Shown here: piece after piece, positions 33,701 through 40,500 of the stretch
How the letters are laid out: each line of letters begins with the position of its first letter
Position numbering within the stretch: the first letter of the stretch is position 1
Source: a virus
DNA: 64,000 nucleotides
Direction: 5' to 3' (one strand)
IMG/VR virus record: IMGVR_UViG_3300037882_002640
Coordinates: 1 to 64,000 of that record
Program-made: the position numbers and the translations under genes
The notes under the pieces: generated by a model
Database searches by the model: none
What the model was told of the DNA's origin: nothing
What the model saw: only the letters and a program-made list of their open reading frames with translations

Positions 33701-36700
33701 CATCATCTCCAAGTACACTAAAGACAAGACTTCCTTGAAGTTTAAGAAAGGGGATAGGATTGGCGCTGATAAGACTATAGATATGGTTGGAGGACTTAAG
33801 TTAACTGAGTACTTAGAAAGACTCGTTGGTATAATCGACAATGCTATACAAAGTATTAGATCCTCAGATTCATCAGCAGCTGCTGCAATGGAAGATGATT
33901 TAAGGACAGTAGCCAGTATGTATAACATAGCTGCTCAAAACAGTATTGTGCATATACTCTCGTCTAACATTAGGAATATAAAGAACCGTAAGGATTTGCT
34001 AACTCCTATCTCTTTCGCTCGTGTGTCTAAAATGAAAGCAGATATTCTTAAGAATTTTATATCTGATTTTGATAACATTAAGAAAGATATACTATCCTCT
34101 GGGTTGGCTACTAAAGAGGAATTGGAAGAGAAGAAGGAGTTGTTATTTACTGAAGGTATTGATGTTCTGGACAAGAAAGACTTAACACCTAAAGCGCAGG
34201 CATTAATAAACAAGTACTCACTAAAGAGTGAGGATACTGTTATTGAAATGATTGCTAAGTTAGAAGCAACAAAAGAAGGTTTAGATGGAAGTAGGTTAAG
34301 TGGGACAGAGGCTGGAAGGTTAGTTAACCCTAAAGGAACCATGCACTCTCCAACTACCCAACTTCAAATACACTCTAATACTTACTCTGGTGTATCTCTA
34401 ACGGGTGTAGCTGCCAATACAGGTAAGATTCTTTCTTATCTATTCTCTGCTGCCAGAATTCTTTCTATAAAGAAAGGAGATGTTATCCTAGAGTTTACTA
34501 GGGATGGTAAATACTCATCAGAGCAGATGAGGGAGATGCTAAACTCACAAGACCTACCATCAATTAATTCTGCCTTAGCGTCTGGCTGGGAAATTGTTAC
34601 AAGGGAAGAACCTAAGTTGAAGGAAGGCTCACGGATTAAGTTCCTAAACCATACCTTTGACAGTTTATCTAGGAATGAAAAGAACTTGGATGGTACACCT
34701 AAGATGGCTTACAAGTATGGGGATACTTTAATCAACATATTTGAAACTATTGATACGGTCATTAACTTAGCGATTGATAATGTTAAAGAGCAGAAATTAT
34801 TCGTGCTCGGTATCACCAACTTTAACTCTAATGCTTTCCTCGCTGGAATATCTTTAGGTATCCCTCTTAACACAGTTGTGATGATGTTTAAGACTCCATT
34901 CATGGCGAAAGCTTCTTTATCCCCTCTAAATACCTCTAAGATGTCTAAAGACATGTTGAAAGAACTTTCAAACCTGGATATAAATGAAGTAATAAACATG
35001 GTTGAAGAGTACTCACATTCACAGGTAGGGCAGTTTAAAACTGCTTTAGCTAATGGATTAGAAGCGGCTTTGAAGACTCTTAGTATAAATCCAGACTACT
35101 TAGAGCGCTCTTACTTGGGAGATTCTAATGTTGTAGGAGATTTCGTGTTAAATAGGTACGTAGGGAAGCTAAATGATTTAGGTACTGAGTTATATGATAA
35201 CTCTGAATTGTTCTCTATACTACGAGGCATGCCTTCAACTAAAGAGGATATAGATACTGCTGTAGATGCAGGTCTAAAGTACCAAACTATTCAATCACTA
35301 GAGGCCACTAATACAGACGACTCTATACGTGATCAGTTAAAGACACAAGTTATTAAGGAGAAGTTAGAAGCTATACGCTCATCTGATTTGTATAAAAATA
35401 GTTCACCTGTAAAACAATCTAGCCTAGAGGATTTATCTATAGTGGATAGTTTAATAGAAGCTGAGGTGGAGAGAAGGTACAATGCCACACTTGTAACTAA
35501 GATAGTTAGCAATAAAGTGGCTAAGAACTTCAGAACTAAACAAAACTCAGTATTTGAGGATCTCTCAGTATTTAATCTTCCCCATATGTTCCAAGCATGG
35601 AACATTGTTAAGAGATTGCAATATTTGATTGAGAACACATTTGCTTTGTACTCATCAGACTTGAAAGAATATGCAGATAAGATAGCAGATCATTTAGGTG
35701 TTACTTATGGGAAGGGCCCTCTACGCTACCTAGTAGCTAAAGAGTTCTTTAAGTTTATAACATCTGATATGAAAATTATTTTACCTTACGGGACAGTAGA
35801 CTTTAAAGTACCTAATAACATCACACAAGTTGTTATGAGTGAAAGAGGGGATACCACTCTATACGGCGCAGATGCTTGGGCTCATAACTTTACTAATAAG
35901 TTTGAGAACTTCAGAAAGCAGTATCCTGTTGAAAATGAGTTCCTAAAATCAGTTGAAGTAGTTTCAGACTTTAAAGGAAGAAAATCACTAAAGATTACTT
36001 CTGATAAGACCACTAATCCTGAAACTATTCTTAAGATTAAGGAAGGAGTTCTTTCGTTACTACAAGAGGAGGAGATAACAGAACTAGGGGTAATTATAAG
36101 GCCTAGAGAAATGGTACTTGATTTATTTAAGTATGCAGCTTTAAGTCAGGGTATGTTCTACTCTAGAACTGGCTTTGCTTTAGTATTCCCAGTAGTTTTC
36201 TCTGAGGCTTACTCCAACCACTTAGATGACGCTTTAGATCGTGTGTTCTCACGAGACGAGAGAGGAAACATAAGTCCTCTTTACACTTCAGCTAATACCA
36301 GCAGACTGTTTAATACCTTTATGTACCAGTTAGTTAGAAATAATCCTGACATACTTCCTTACAGGAAAGGGGCTATAAAAACAGCTGGCTACACCAATGC
36401 TAAAGGGGACTACAAGAGAATTTACACTGGAAACAAAGATGGAGTGTTTTTTGATTTGTCTTACCCTAATGCAGGTGATACCCCTCCTGTGTTTATAAGT
36501 GATTTTAATAAAGAAGTCTTTATGTTTGTCACTACTAAGAATGGTACGGACTATTATCGTAAGTTAACCTCAAAAAATAAACTCACCCTACACCAATTCC
36601 CCACTTATTATGCTAAGAATGAGGAGCTTGATTTAAGTGTGTTCTCTGATCCAAACCTTGATGGACCTATGTTCGATGCTAAACTTCTACAGGGCAGAAC

Positions 36701-37520
36701 AATTAACTACCCTGTGGATAGGAAAGTAGTTTCAGAAGGAGATGTTGTTTATATACACGATTACTCTAATCCTAACCCAACTGAGATATCTACTAGCGTT
36801 GTAACCAATGTTGAGAAGACAGCAGGAGGGTACTCTATAACTATAGGTGAGAAGAAAAGTATGAGTTTATTGAAGGGAACATCAAAAGAAGTGTTATCTT
36901 TGTTACCTGTTTTAGCTTCGTCTAAGTTTATTGATACTCCCCTTAACATGGGGGCTAAGACCATTGGAGATACAAACTCTGATATTAACTTAGATTTAGC
37001 GAAGGGATTTGAGCATGTACTACAGGCTATTAAAGACCTTCCTGACGGCATATACAAAGCCTACAGAACACTATTTAATGGTTACTACGCTAACAACCCA
37101 ACTGAGGCTATAACTCTCGCTAAGGCCCTTTCTGCGAAGACTAGGACTAGGTTTGATATCTTAGATATTAGAGAAACTGTAACCCCGGAAGATGTTGTAA
37201 GCGATGAAGTTAGTTTCACACCAGAGATGTACAATGAAGATGGAATCTATTACTCTATTAAAAAATCAGAGTCTAAAAAGACTTCCACGCACACTAGAGA
37301 ATACGCCTCTCTACAAGTAGGTAACATATACTTTGCTGGCATGTCAGATGGTAATCCTGTTTACTTCTTAGTAAGTTCCGAATCTACTAAGTCTAAGAAA
37401 GGGTTACTGTTAGATGGTGCAGTTGTACAGGCTCTTATTGATAATAACTATATAGTAGACTCACAATTCAATCCTGAAAACATAGAAAATGAACTGCAGA
37501 AATTAATTGAATCTTGCTAA
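21726..37520 (+). CDS. Giant virion RNA polymerase polyprotein (two-barrel RNAP + SF1 helicase-like + zincin domains)
   Basis: 5264 aa; catalytic GSDFDVDSLF (DFDVD 33633-33647), GFRIPST (~33501), DGQGF (~32559); APPGAGKT, ILDEAA, YDPNQ, GLTFDEVYVD, YTAISRA; HEAIH. Confidence 0.85.
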   Translation: MPLYNNKIKRGPLDHTGQADPNLNHSNSGAKRIGSGDGLLSGGSYDFNIDATASQNQQRFGNQGWYNWAGYSLAKLGGRTATGVAEGIGSITALGSSPGFLIKDKEFMDKVDKSPVATLLASPYYYLKGNSFHNAFEQNPILVGTKAINTFIDDNTTVYQEDGFNDLNFGQQLSRFSQLTSGSIESLAFLTSSAFGAGLLGKLNAGNKLVSSFAKAKNLDAVLDGAKAADYAGKAAKIDFAISHGALTTSESATEAADAFSTIKRKLEDDRSRGKNTMSDEEIENEANGKARNVFWLNMATASITNIPTTKLFKGVFSKALKSDIDLGIKLGGKGFEAENLTGLNRMLYSKEFLPKVSRDLFTNIVAEGLEESLQYSIQDINEKSKGELSLKDSFKKFFSAENAVASTEGIFTDKERGKAAGLGALIGAASVGVAAMADRNLYANHVTARDAAIEGLNSQYKDFLTSTPYLRTEGKSYEVSRTENPDGSFSYNMTSGTESKSLTTTEFTELTAKHDLSPEGGKFVEKGTHILDANGNPTLDTERLAESISTLQTHRALDDLIENEELYGKSDKVKLDLLRAEKLRVLAQTALESGTMDLLIERFEATKADTENHEKYELKSEELDETINELKKLANLYENVNKDLLATSTEGNRLNSIRKKRMFTLGARAATLQSLLAKSEQENTRLKSDIMFKAGEDFTGNSQNRSAVMDAVESSIDLMAKEKFKLNELENTIRDLATEQGIQDSKKITALYAKIASTQEEIDNLKNQREELKTIQGAKNFLRPGDVETLVNNSLKNMELKEALRQTSEVYDSYLTTKDLDKVKGIEDTAFLTRDEFADPNIPINANTTAKALSAFVAYKAKKLNNTSKREYAFRQFMNEITRRVAQSYSGASLFSLNDLNALIKQLESMPEGIDIQTYNIAFDIVQSIRATVLDPSEQVRQYFEDEANDTGEEYDEVVDDYIRILDDFQSKLSNLKVINGDFIQNMDESTEEAKRSLYRTGLSVMMDFNTAPDEYEDLASAKTEIVKLTKLLELFKELEYDTRELETILSNLQAALPLIEKNLLNKELKNAKQNRLVGEAIIPILNNPEFLEMLTAAGNVDVPALLELTKQDPYLAYLTLVQALWAGNTNASLEVITRLKEELDSRVSTLLPNSQDKKISVNPIKFLIYYISQKYGHSSLGGAQKTPAIQAFLEDYDLVKFMNGIENEANEEIKGLLRDVLTGIALNDLTHSLTSEINATDILSKIKSLVERSKDVPAPSVAQERALLQLGLFLSSKNDSTQPHKNITALKAPPGAGKTLLIIPYIKHILGITNDELLPVATQQRASDNLAKGIGLNKGYTSEQLVDMFDNNEIPDDVKVIILDEAASQTNESAYTVAKAFTKWQRRNDNDARNVKIIYLYDPNQGLESADGSSPFEASPYNTPTTNVQSIEEGGNTPFGAMYYSHNIFDVLPLPVSYRSDIPQILSLQNRFLDKVNVPSDMEASTSKDASDMKDIMGTYVETGTARLLAMYDSSAVKNPDRTRIIIVSNEQAKSKYPGKEALTAKEAVGLTFDEVYVDMPSNTTASVQSYNQQVYTAISRARLFTYLGNYSGTNSLDTSMADKIELNRTFKSSRHDESVVEKNHQIDVINSIVTLTAAQATPVVAPVSTPSPVNVLQTITEPEIEVVEDIVLDAFNETPAGNHLNVNQIDPLPQNEGRIYPNNSVVKQLLESGQSDLRLVKEYDNGLFRYRLIHMYNSTSGFDVAILDELAFMALNIGDLNTVELSGGEIKNLDKQSGSLSFPASVGSAIMASTKLELDPQSHTVRYIYGNTPTEDFSSPDSYRGLVTRFLESYSKEYPVSNVEEILDNLDAHTNVVVFTSDSQVLLAGFTREQALNIPLGKPLLIIRDIANVQGTTLTQFIELQTPVIDPTSKEFERIHGKELTRFTEQLNKFEDVLSKANLSPELLNYTLLRAGQALTNGDKSYYPFHAFVVALSEYRKTGRFSMAPDNVTNAFNRMNPNIALPVTNGSSFPKELVDLAVELDTLLHGEPVEGKTFRRNYGGKAQFAFDKIASSNMIVELPNMTVKVLRSTRRRSGTNDTYVGGLTMLGPITFAVQEVTTHGATYQIGMPYNQLFPPEVISQISERLARNPRLRWGEAPAIKALLSGDDRLHTVLMTSEDLSSMLLNGGYSKSNSGFGLRMPLYIKDMNQFNARNDTRFDLHGSLQSTFLGVMPTRIGIVNPETGLSSFQEIPIPVEEVETEPVAEIKEQIRESVVTGEEVVFTPAQEAEFKAETGVSIEEARDNFESQTVAEFLKKPNFGKLMRTVLGMTTNSLTETFAQLFNAANQAVDRELRKAPRDFVASFVVARLLKETSAGSFMSNGRALSKVLPIIEYYYSSTKSDVKTNTDFANRILKLASIEQIKSEAKDINESLEELANKFGVPFTSTNINSEMDILPFVRSVVLMSSEFRKMSITPEVNAVAAVESGAIALLRENSSKPTEEVLTLLKAQFPEDELTLHVEKSLNRDEDVEVIDILHSIDDARGFSLPLEFEELNPVSYEAASRQYRQIFNPFGFNFIKRIFFSKKGENFRIVSANSLIRQFGKELWGVYSRGVIQVVGQDGRVGMSVVLHEAIHKVIDLYLTPKEKIRLFNLAKKRYGDLPVLELEERIANDFMAYQRKEKKFSEKITSIFRKIARFFNFTYNNLNSLEDFFESTLDGNFKDKVGYSKTTRFMEIERFYKDLAEFTTAKNLVLDLFKEVKNSASDKILSFDEIIGEVFNQLINATISQELTSAEAAAIKNLVANRTALNQFTAYFFGNTPAISSINKATAEARKDIEDAIAELTDKINNIDREADEDGLEVNESERQELIQLKEELTGLSKASILNETVDSDAVDPESKLTGVVKQRLVAVEYRKNRQVVRADFTKLYGILMNLVSSVDNSSFDNLVDSIKDRTRSLIPRRTAASHSEYVANNEREAAALFIEAELDSYEKLKASRPKNISFLKDANSKYEYMLFHPTKDVSNLTYTTAKKDPSITISFYDPSLSYDAWVRGVVGENYSDAKTAFDFYEQSNFVKSLVGAVSSLRRNRPAVGVRTYDEGVYKTSYIGVKESGARAVLENDIINGFMRANDKADKKIFSDEILKELANFKFSEDYDTTYNLAKRLLLTFGIKIKKGDASSLELQNFIKRSKTVLPKINEKTDTPYNVITNESSLISLIIEAASTTANLVQPTSFMRGDGKKAFLWVDASYQTSILTSIVNSINGLKGMRTRYFSINKGELKSTSPFLTNNIFFNGLSRIYSFLDHDSIKWKGREENAKILHREGPTEALIRAFDLGFINKAANGDTYIQFLPIPSNRRTINGVEVSRLSPKQLDSALMGLIKSQKNRPEPTGKLANNDNYLKNYKKFNLPGLDGLDVNSLTEAEALKKLKEALAEIKEDYKSKILEYLVRESTGTEVSESNLQVDVDSLLRTYTKISSKKANLSRAGEYRKKLAAYKAEIDKLSLAGDTDAALKITEEANEFVKSRTASLNDILDTVVENFVANHVVNSYNLSQMLYGDGTFYKSKEDLTKRIQVFTATGDVPIVDEADGYPPVSRIGVIQDIESALEELEDMRDEAARETVNEADGQGFMLPEAYEQLAKARGRHTEDDITLKTVYSSTDELGIPTLLKYSIIVLTDELIGYNAGKPINVALHNLREAMRNPADGKGRLDQAIFSSGVKSGGPSNKNQARVNMEDMSISFQDSSIISIDNRHFRFQLNPASEVEKTVANPSQITAFIDSNGINPNEAYEVHKLNAGIMAVGMRLISHKLGISRKGRLTKSSENVMRKRAIQANEGMTGKESLVNALAAKRNGKYSVSLNLPMIGDGLVSSLASIVSSSTVGFRFPGSKLVLQSEFGTYTNTKEKLKFKDKDGFTEVMLPEVFREFLSEGDVVANDAMVGFRIPSTNYHSAIALRVVGFYKVPPGSAGNIVIAPAALVFYHGSDFDVDSLFLIKKDKLKEDISLDTIISKYTKDKTSLKFKKGDRIGADKTIDMVGGLKLTEYLERLVGIIDNAIQSIRSSDSSAAAAMEDDLRTVASMYNIAAQNSIVHILSSNIRNIKNRKDLLTPISFARVSKMKADILKNFISDFDNIKKDILSSGLATKEELEEKKELLFTEGIDVLDKKDLTPKAQALINKYSLKSEDTVIEMIAKLEATKEGLDGSRLSGTEAGRLVNPKGTMHSPTTQLQIHSNTYSGVSLTGVAANTGKILSYLFSAARILSIKKGDVILEFTRDGKYSSEQMREMLNSQDLPSINSALASGWEIVTREEPKLKEGSRIKFLNHTFDSLSRNEKNLDGTPKMAYKYGDTLINIFETIDTVINLAIDNVKEQKLFVLGITNFNSNAFLAGISLGIPLNTVVMMFKTPFMAKASLSPLNTSKMSKDMLKELSNLDINEVINMVEEYSHSQVGQFKTALANGLEAALKTLSINPDYLERSYLGDSNVVGDFVLNRYVGKLNDLGTELYDNSELFSILRGMPSTKEDIDTAVDAGLKYQTIQSLEATNTDDSIRDQLKTQVIKEKLEAIRSSDLYKNSSPVKQSSLEDLSIVDSLIEAEVERRYNATLVTKIVSNKVAKNFRTKQNSVFEDLSVFNLPHMFQAWNIVKRLQYLIENTFALYSSDLKEYADKIADHLGVTYGKGPLRYLVAKEFFKFITSDMKIILPYGTVDFKVPNNITQVVMSERGDTTLYGADAWAHNFTNKFENFRKQYPVENEFLKSVEVVSDFKGRKSLKITSDKTTNPETILKIKEGVLSLLQEEEITELGVIIRPREMVLDLFKYAALSQGMFYSRTGFALVFPVVFSEAYSNHLDDALDRVFSRDERGNISPLYTSANTSRLFNTFMYQLVRNNPDILPYRKGAIKTAGYTNAKGDYKRIYTGNKDGVFFDLSYPNAGDTPPVFISDFNKEVFMFVTTKNGTDYYRKLTSKNKLTLHQFPTYYAKNEELDLSVFSDPNLDGPMFDAKLLQGRTINYPVDRKVVSEGDVVYIHDYSNPNPTEISTSVVTNVEKTAGGYSITIGEKKSMSLLKGTSKEVLSLLPVLASSKFIDTPLNMGAKTIGDTNSDINLDLAKGFEHVLQAIKDLPDGIYKAYRTLFNGYYANNPTEAITLAKALSAKTRTRFDILDIRETVTPEDVVSDEVSFTPEMYNEDGIYYSIKKSESKKTSTHTREYASLQVGNIYFAGMSDGNPVYFLVSSESTKSKKGLLLDGAVVQALIDNNYIVDSQFNPENIENELQKLIESC

Positions 37521-40500
37521 TGATTTGTCCAATAAATAAAAAAGTGGAGGGGCTTAAGGCTCCTCCACCTATTAAATCCCCATTAAGAGATTTAATAAAA
37601 GAACAACTCCTAACCTACAAAAAATATTTTAGGGAAAACTACCCAGAGCTTAAAGATGGTAATCTCACGAAGTCAATCAATTACTTCTATAACCCAGTAA
37701 AAGATTTGAGGGGCAGGGTAGCTGGTAATAATATTATTACCAACAATACGGTAGTTAGTATATTCCCTAAGGGAACTCCTGATACCAAACCTAACTCCAA
37801 CTTAATTTTTGTTCTAGACATGATGAAGAGCAGGTTCAACTTCCCTTACATAATTGTCCATGAGCCTGAAAGTAATTTTAAAGGTAAGTACCTAAACATA
37901 GATGGGCAGAAGACTGTAGTAATAAACACAGCTCATGCAACTGATGATACTCCCTTCCATGAATACTTCCACCCATTTGTAAGGTTAATGAAGAATGAAA
38001 ATCCTGAGTTGTTTAGCTTGATTGCTAAGGAAGCGTCCTTCTTAAAAATGGAAGAAGAGGAAGCGGTAACTGAATACTTAGGTAAGGTCGCAGCATCCAC
38101 CTACCGTAACAGTTTATTCCATAAGTTCATAGACTTTGTATCAAGAGTACTCTCTGAATATTTTGGGGTACCCTTTAGGTATAACCCATCTGATACTGTT
38201 AAGGAGCTTGTAGATAGATTGCTTGTTACTGGTGCTGATGTTAGTTCAGAGAACACACTCTCTGAAGCCTTCCAGCTTTTAAACACTATTGACAATACTA
38301 CCGGTGTTTTATCCAAAGAGGATAGACGTACTGATATCTTAGGTAAACTAAAATCCTTAACCAAAGACTTCACTACAGATGATACTACAGATTACTATAC
38401 CTCACCCACTGGAACCTTTAGGCGCTTAACAAGTTTTGTATCTTCTAAAGAGAAAGGAGCATTTACAACTGTATTCGCTAACTTTAAGTCTTGGGATGCT
38501 AACCATAAAGCTGCTTTGAAGTATAAGGCAGAGAATCTAGATAAGTCCCAGAAGATAACAATCAATGGAACTGAACTTACATTTGATGAGCTTGTGCAAG
38601 CTTACGAATTAAATGAGAAGACCCCTATACTTATAGGTAAGCTCACACACGCCTATATAGAATACCTCTTAACTAAATCAAGAGAAGCTCTTGCTAAGAC
38701 AGAATCTTATGCTGCTGCCTTAGGTGTACCTTATATTGATTTAGATAAGCATCCTAATCTTCGTGAAATACATGATAACTTTGGAGAGATAGTTCGGCTA
38801 TCTGGTATTACAATAGGTGAAAAGCAAAGTAAGTTTGATGATAATATTGGTAGTGAAGTAACACTCAAGTCTGATATATTAAAGGATTCTGAAGGTTATA
38901 ATCTTGCCTCCACAGCTGACTTGATAACTGAGAAGTTTAATGGTGATATAGGTCTTGTTGACTTCAAATCAGGTAATATCACATCTAACTACTCCACATC
39001 GATTTTTATGCCTCATGGAGCTAAATTTGGTGTTAGGGACACTAAACTTAATCACGCTTTCATGGAGTTAGCTCTCCGTGCTATAATGATTAAGGAGGCT
39101 AATCCTGACGCCAAATTCTCCTACCTACGAATTGTAAAGACTAGTAAATATGGCCATCATGAGATGTACGAGGGGGAATTAGAATTATTCCTAAACGTGA
39201 TAGGCAACTACTACAAGACTACTAATCCTTCAGTGTACGCCCAGTTAGAGGAGAAGGGATTACTTGATGTTAATAACTATCAAGGAACTTCAATGTCTTC
39301 CTTAAAGTATTACTCTAAAATACAGGGTAAAAGCCGAGAAGAGTCAATAGCAATTATAAACTCTGAATTAGATAGATTACACTCTATACCATTTACTGGT
39401 AAGCAACCTGACTATATTCGTGAAGGTATAAAGGAACTAACTGAAGTCCGTTTGGAACTAGAGGGTATAAAGGATATCAAAGCTGATTTGACTACTGATA
39501 AAGGTTTCATGGCTAAAATCTCTACCTTATCCGATTTAGATAAGAAATCTATTAAGGGCTTGAATAAACTTTTAATAGAGGCAAGGGACAAAGAAACAAA
39601 AGAGGTTGGAACTATTTTTAACCAGTGGGATAAACTTCTGGAAGATGTGTATGCAGAAAGACCTAACTATGGTAGTAAGAAACAAATGATAGGTAAAACT
39701 GCTGCTACTCTCTCAATACTTTTTGGTGTAGCTACTTTAAATCCTTTTATTCTAGGCATGGGCATAGCTGGGGCGTACGCAGTACGCAGGAGCATTCAGA
39801 ATCCCAAAGATGCTTTTGGATTTATGTATGTTAAATCAACCGATCCTGATAGGCCTGGATATTTCCTAAATAACACAGACTCCCATAATGGAGTCAAGTT
39901 AACTAAAGCTGAGAGATCTCTAAGAGATTACTACAAAGCAAAACTTGCTTCTCTTTACCAAGATAGTATGTCTGTCGTAGTGGATATGAAGGGTAGCATG
40001 GAGATAACTAAGGCGATGGCTATGAGAATGCCACCTACCTTACCTGACAACTTTATTGTTCGCCCTCCTAAGACATTGGATGAGTATAAAGCAGAATCAG
40101 AACTTCTCTCTTCCTTCTTTGGTGTAAAAGACTATCTCAAACACACAATGGCTGCTAATGTAGTTTCCCTGCTAGAGCGTGATGCAGGTATCTCCCAAAA
40201 AGATTCCCTCTACTATCCTGTAAAGAACTTCTATACTAGTGGTAAGGTAGTGGAATCAGAGATGCACTCATTTGATGCTGATCTAGGCTTTAAGATGATG
40301 GTTGGTAACTTAGTTCATAAGAAACACTTTGACACCCTTTACCCTGTGGCTCAAGGAGTTATTAATATAGTAGAGGATGCAACTACTCCAGATGGACGAA
40401 AAGCATTACCTAATATACTGGAGGCTTTGGATAGGCATGTAACCATGCAAGTACACAGTAAAACCTCTGAGGTTCGCTTTAGAAGCACTCCCATAACCAT

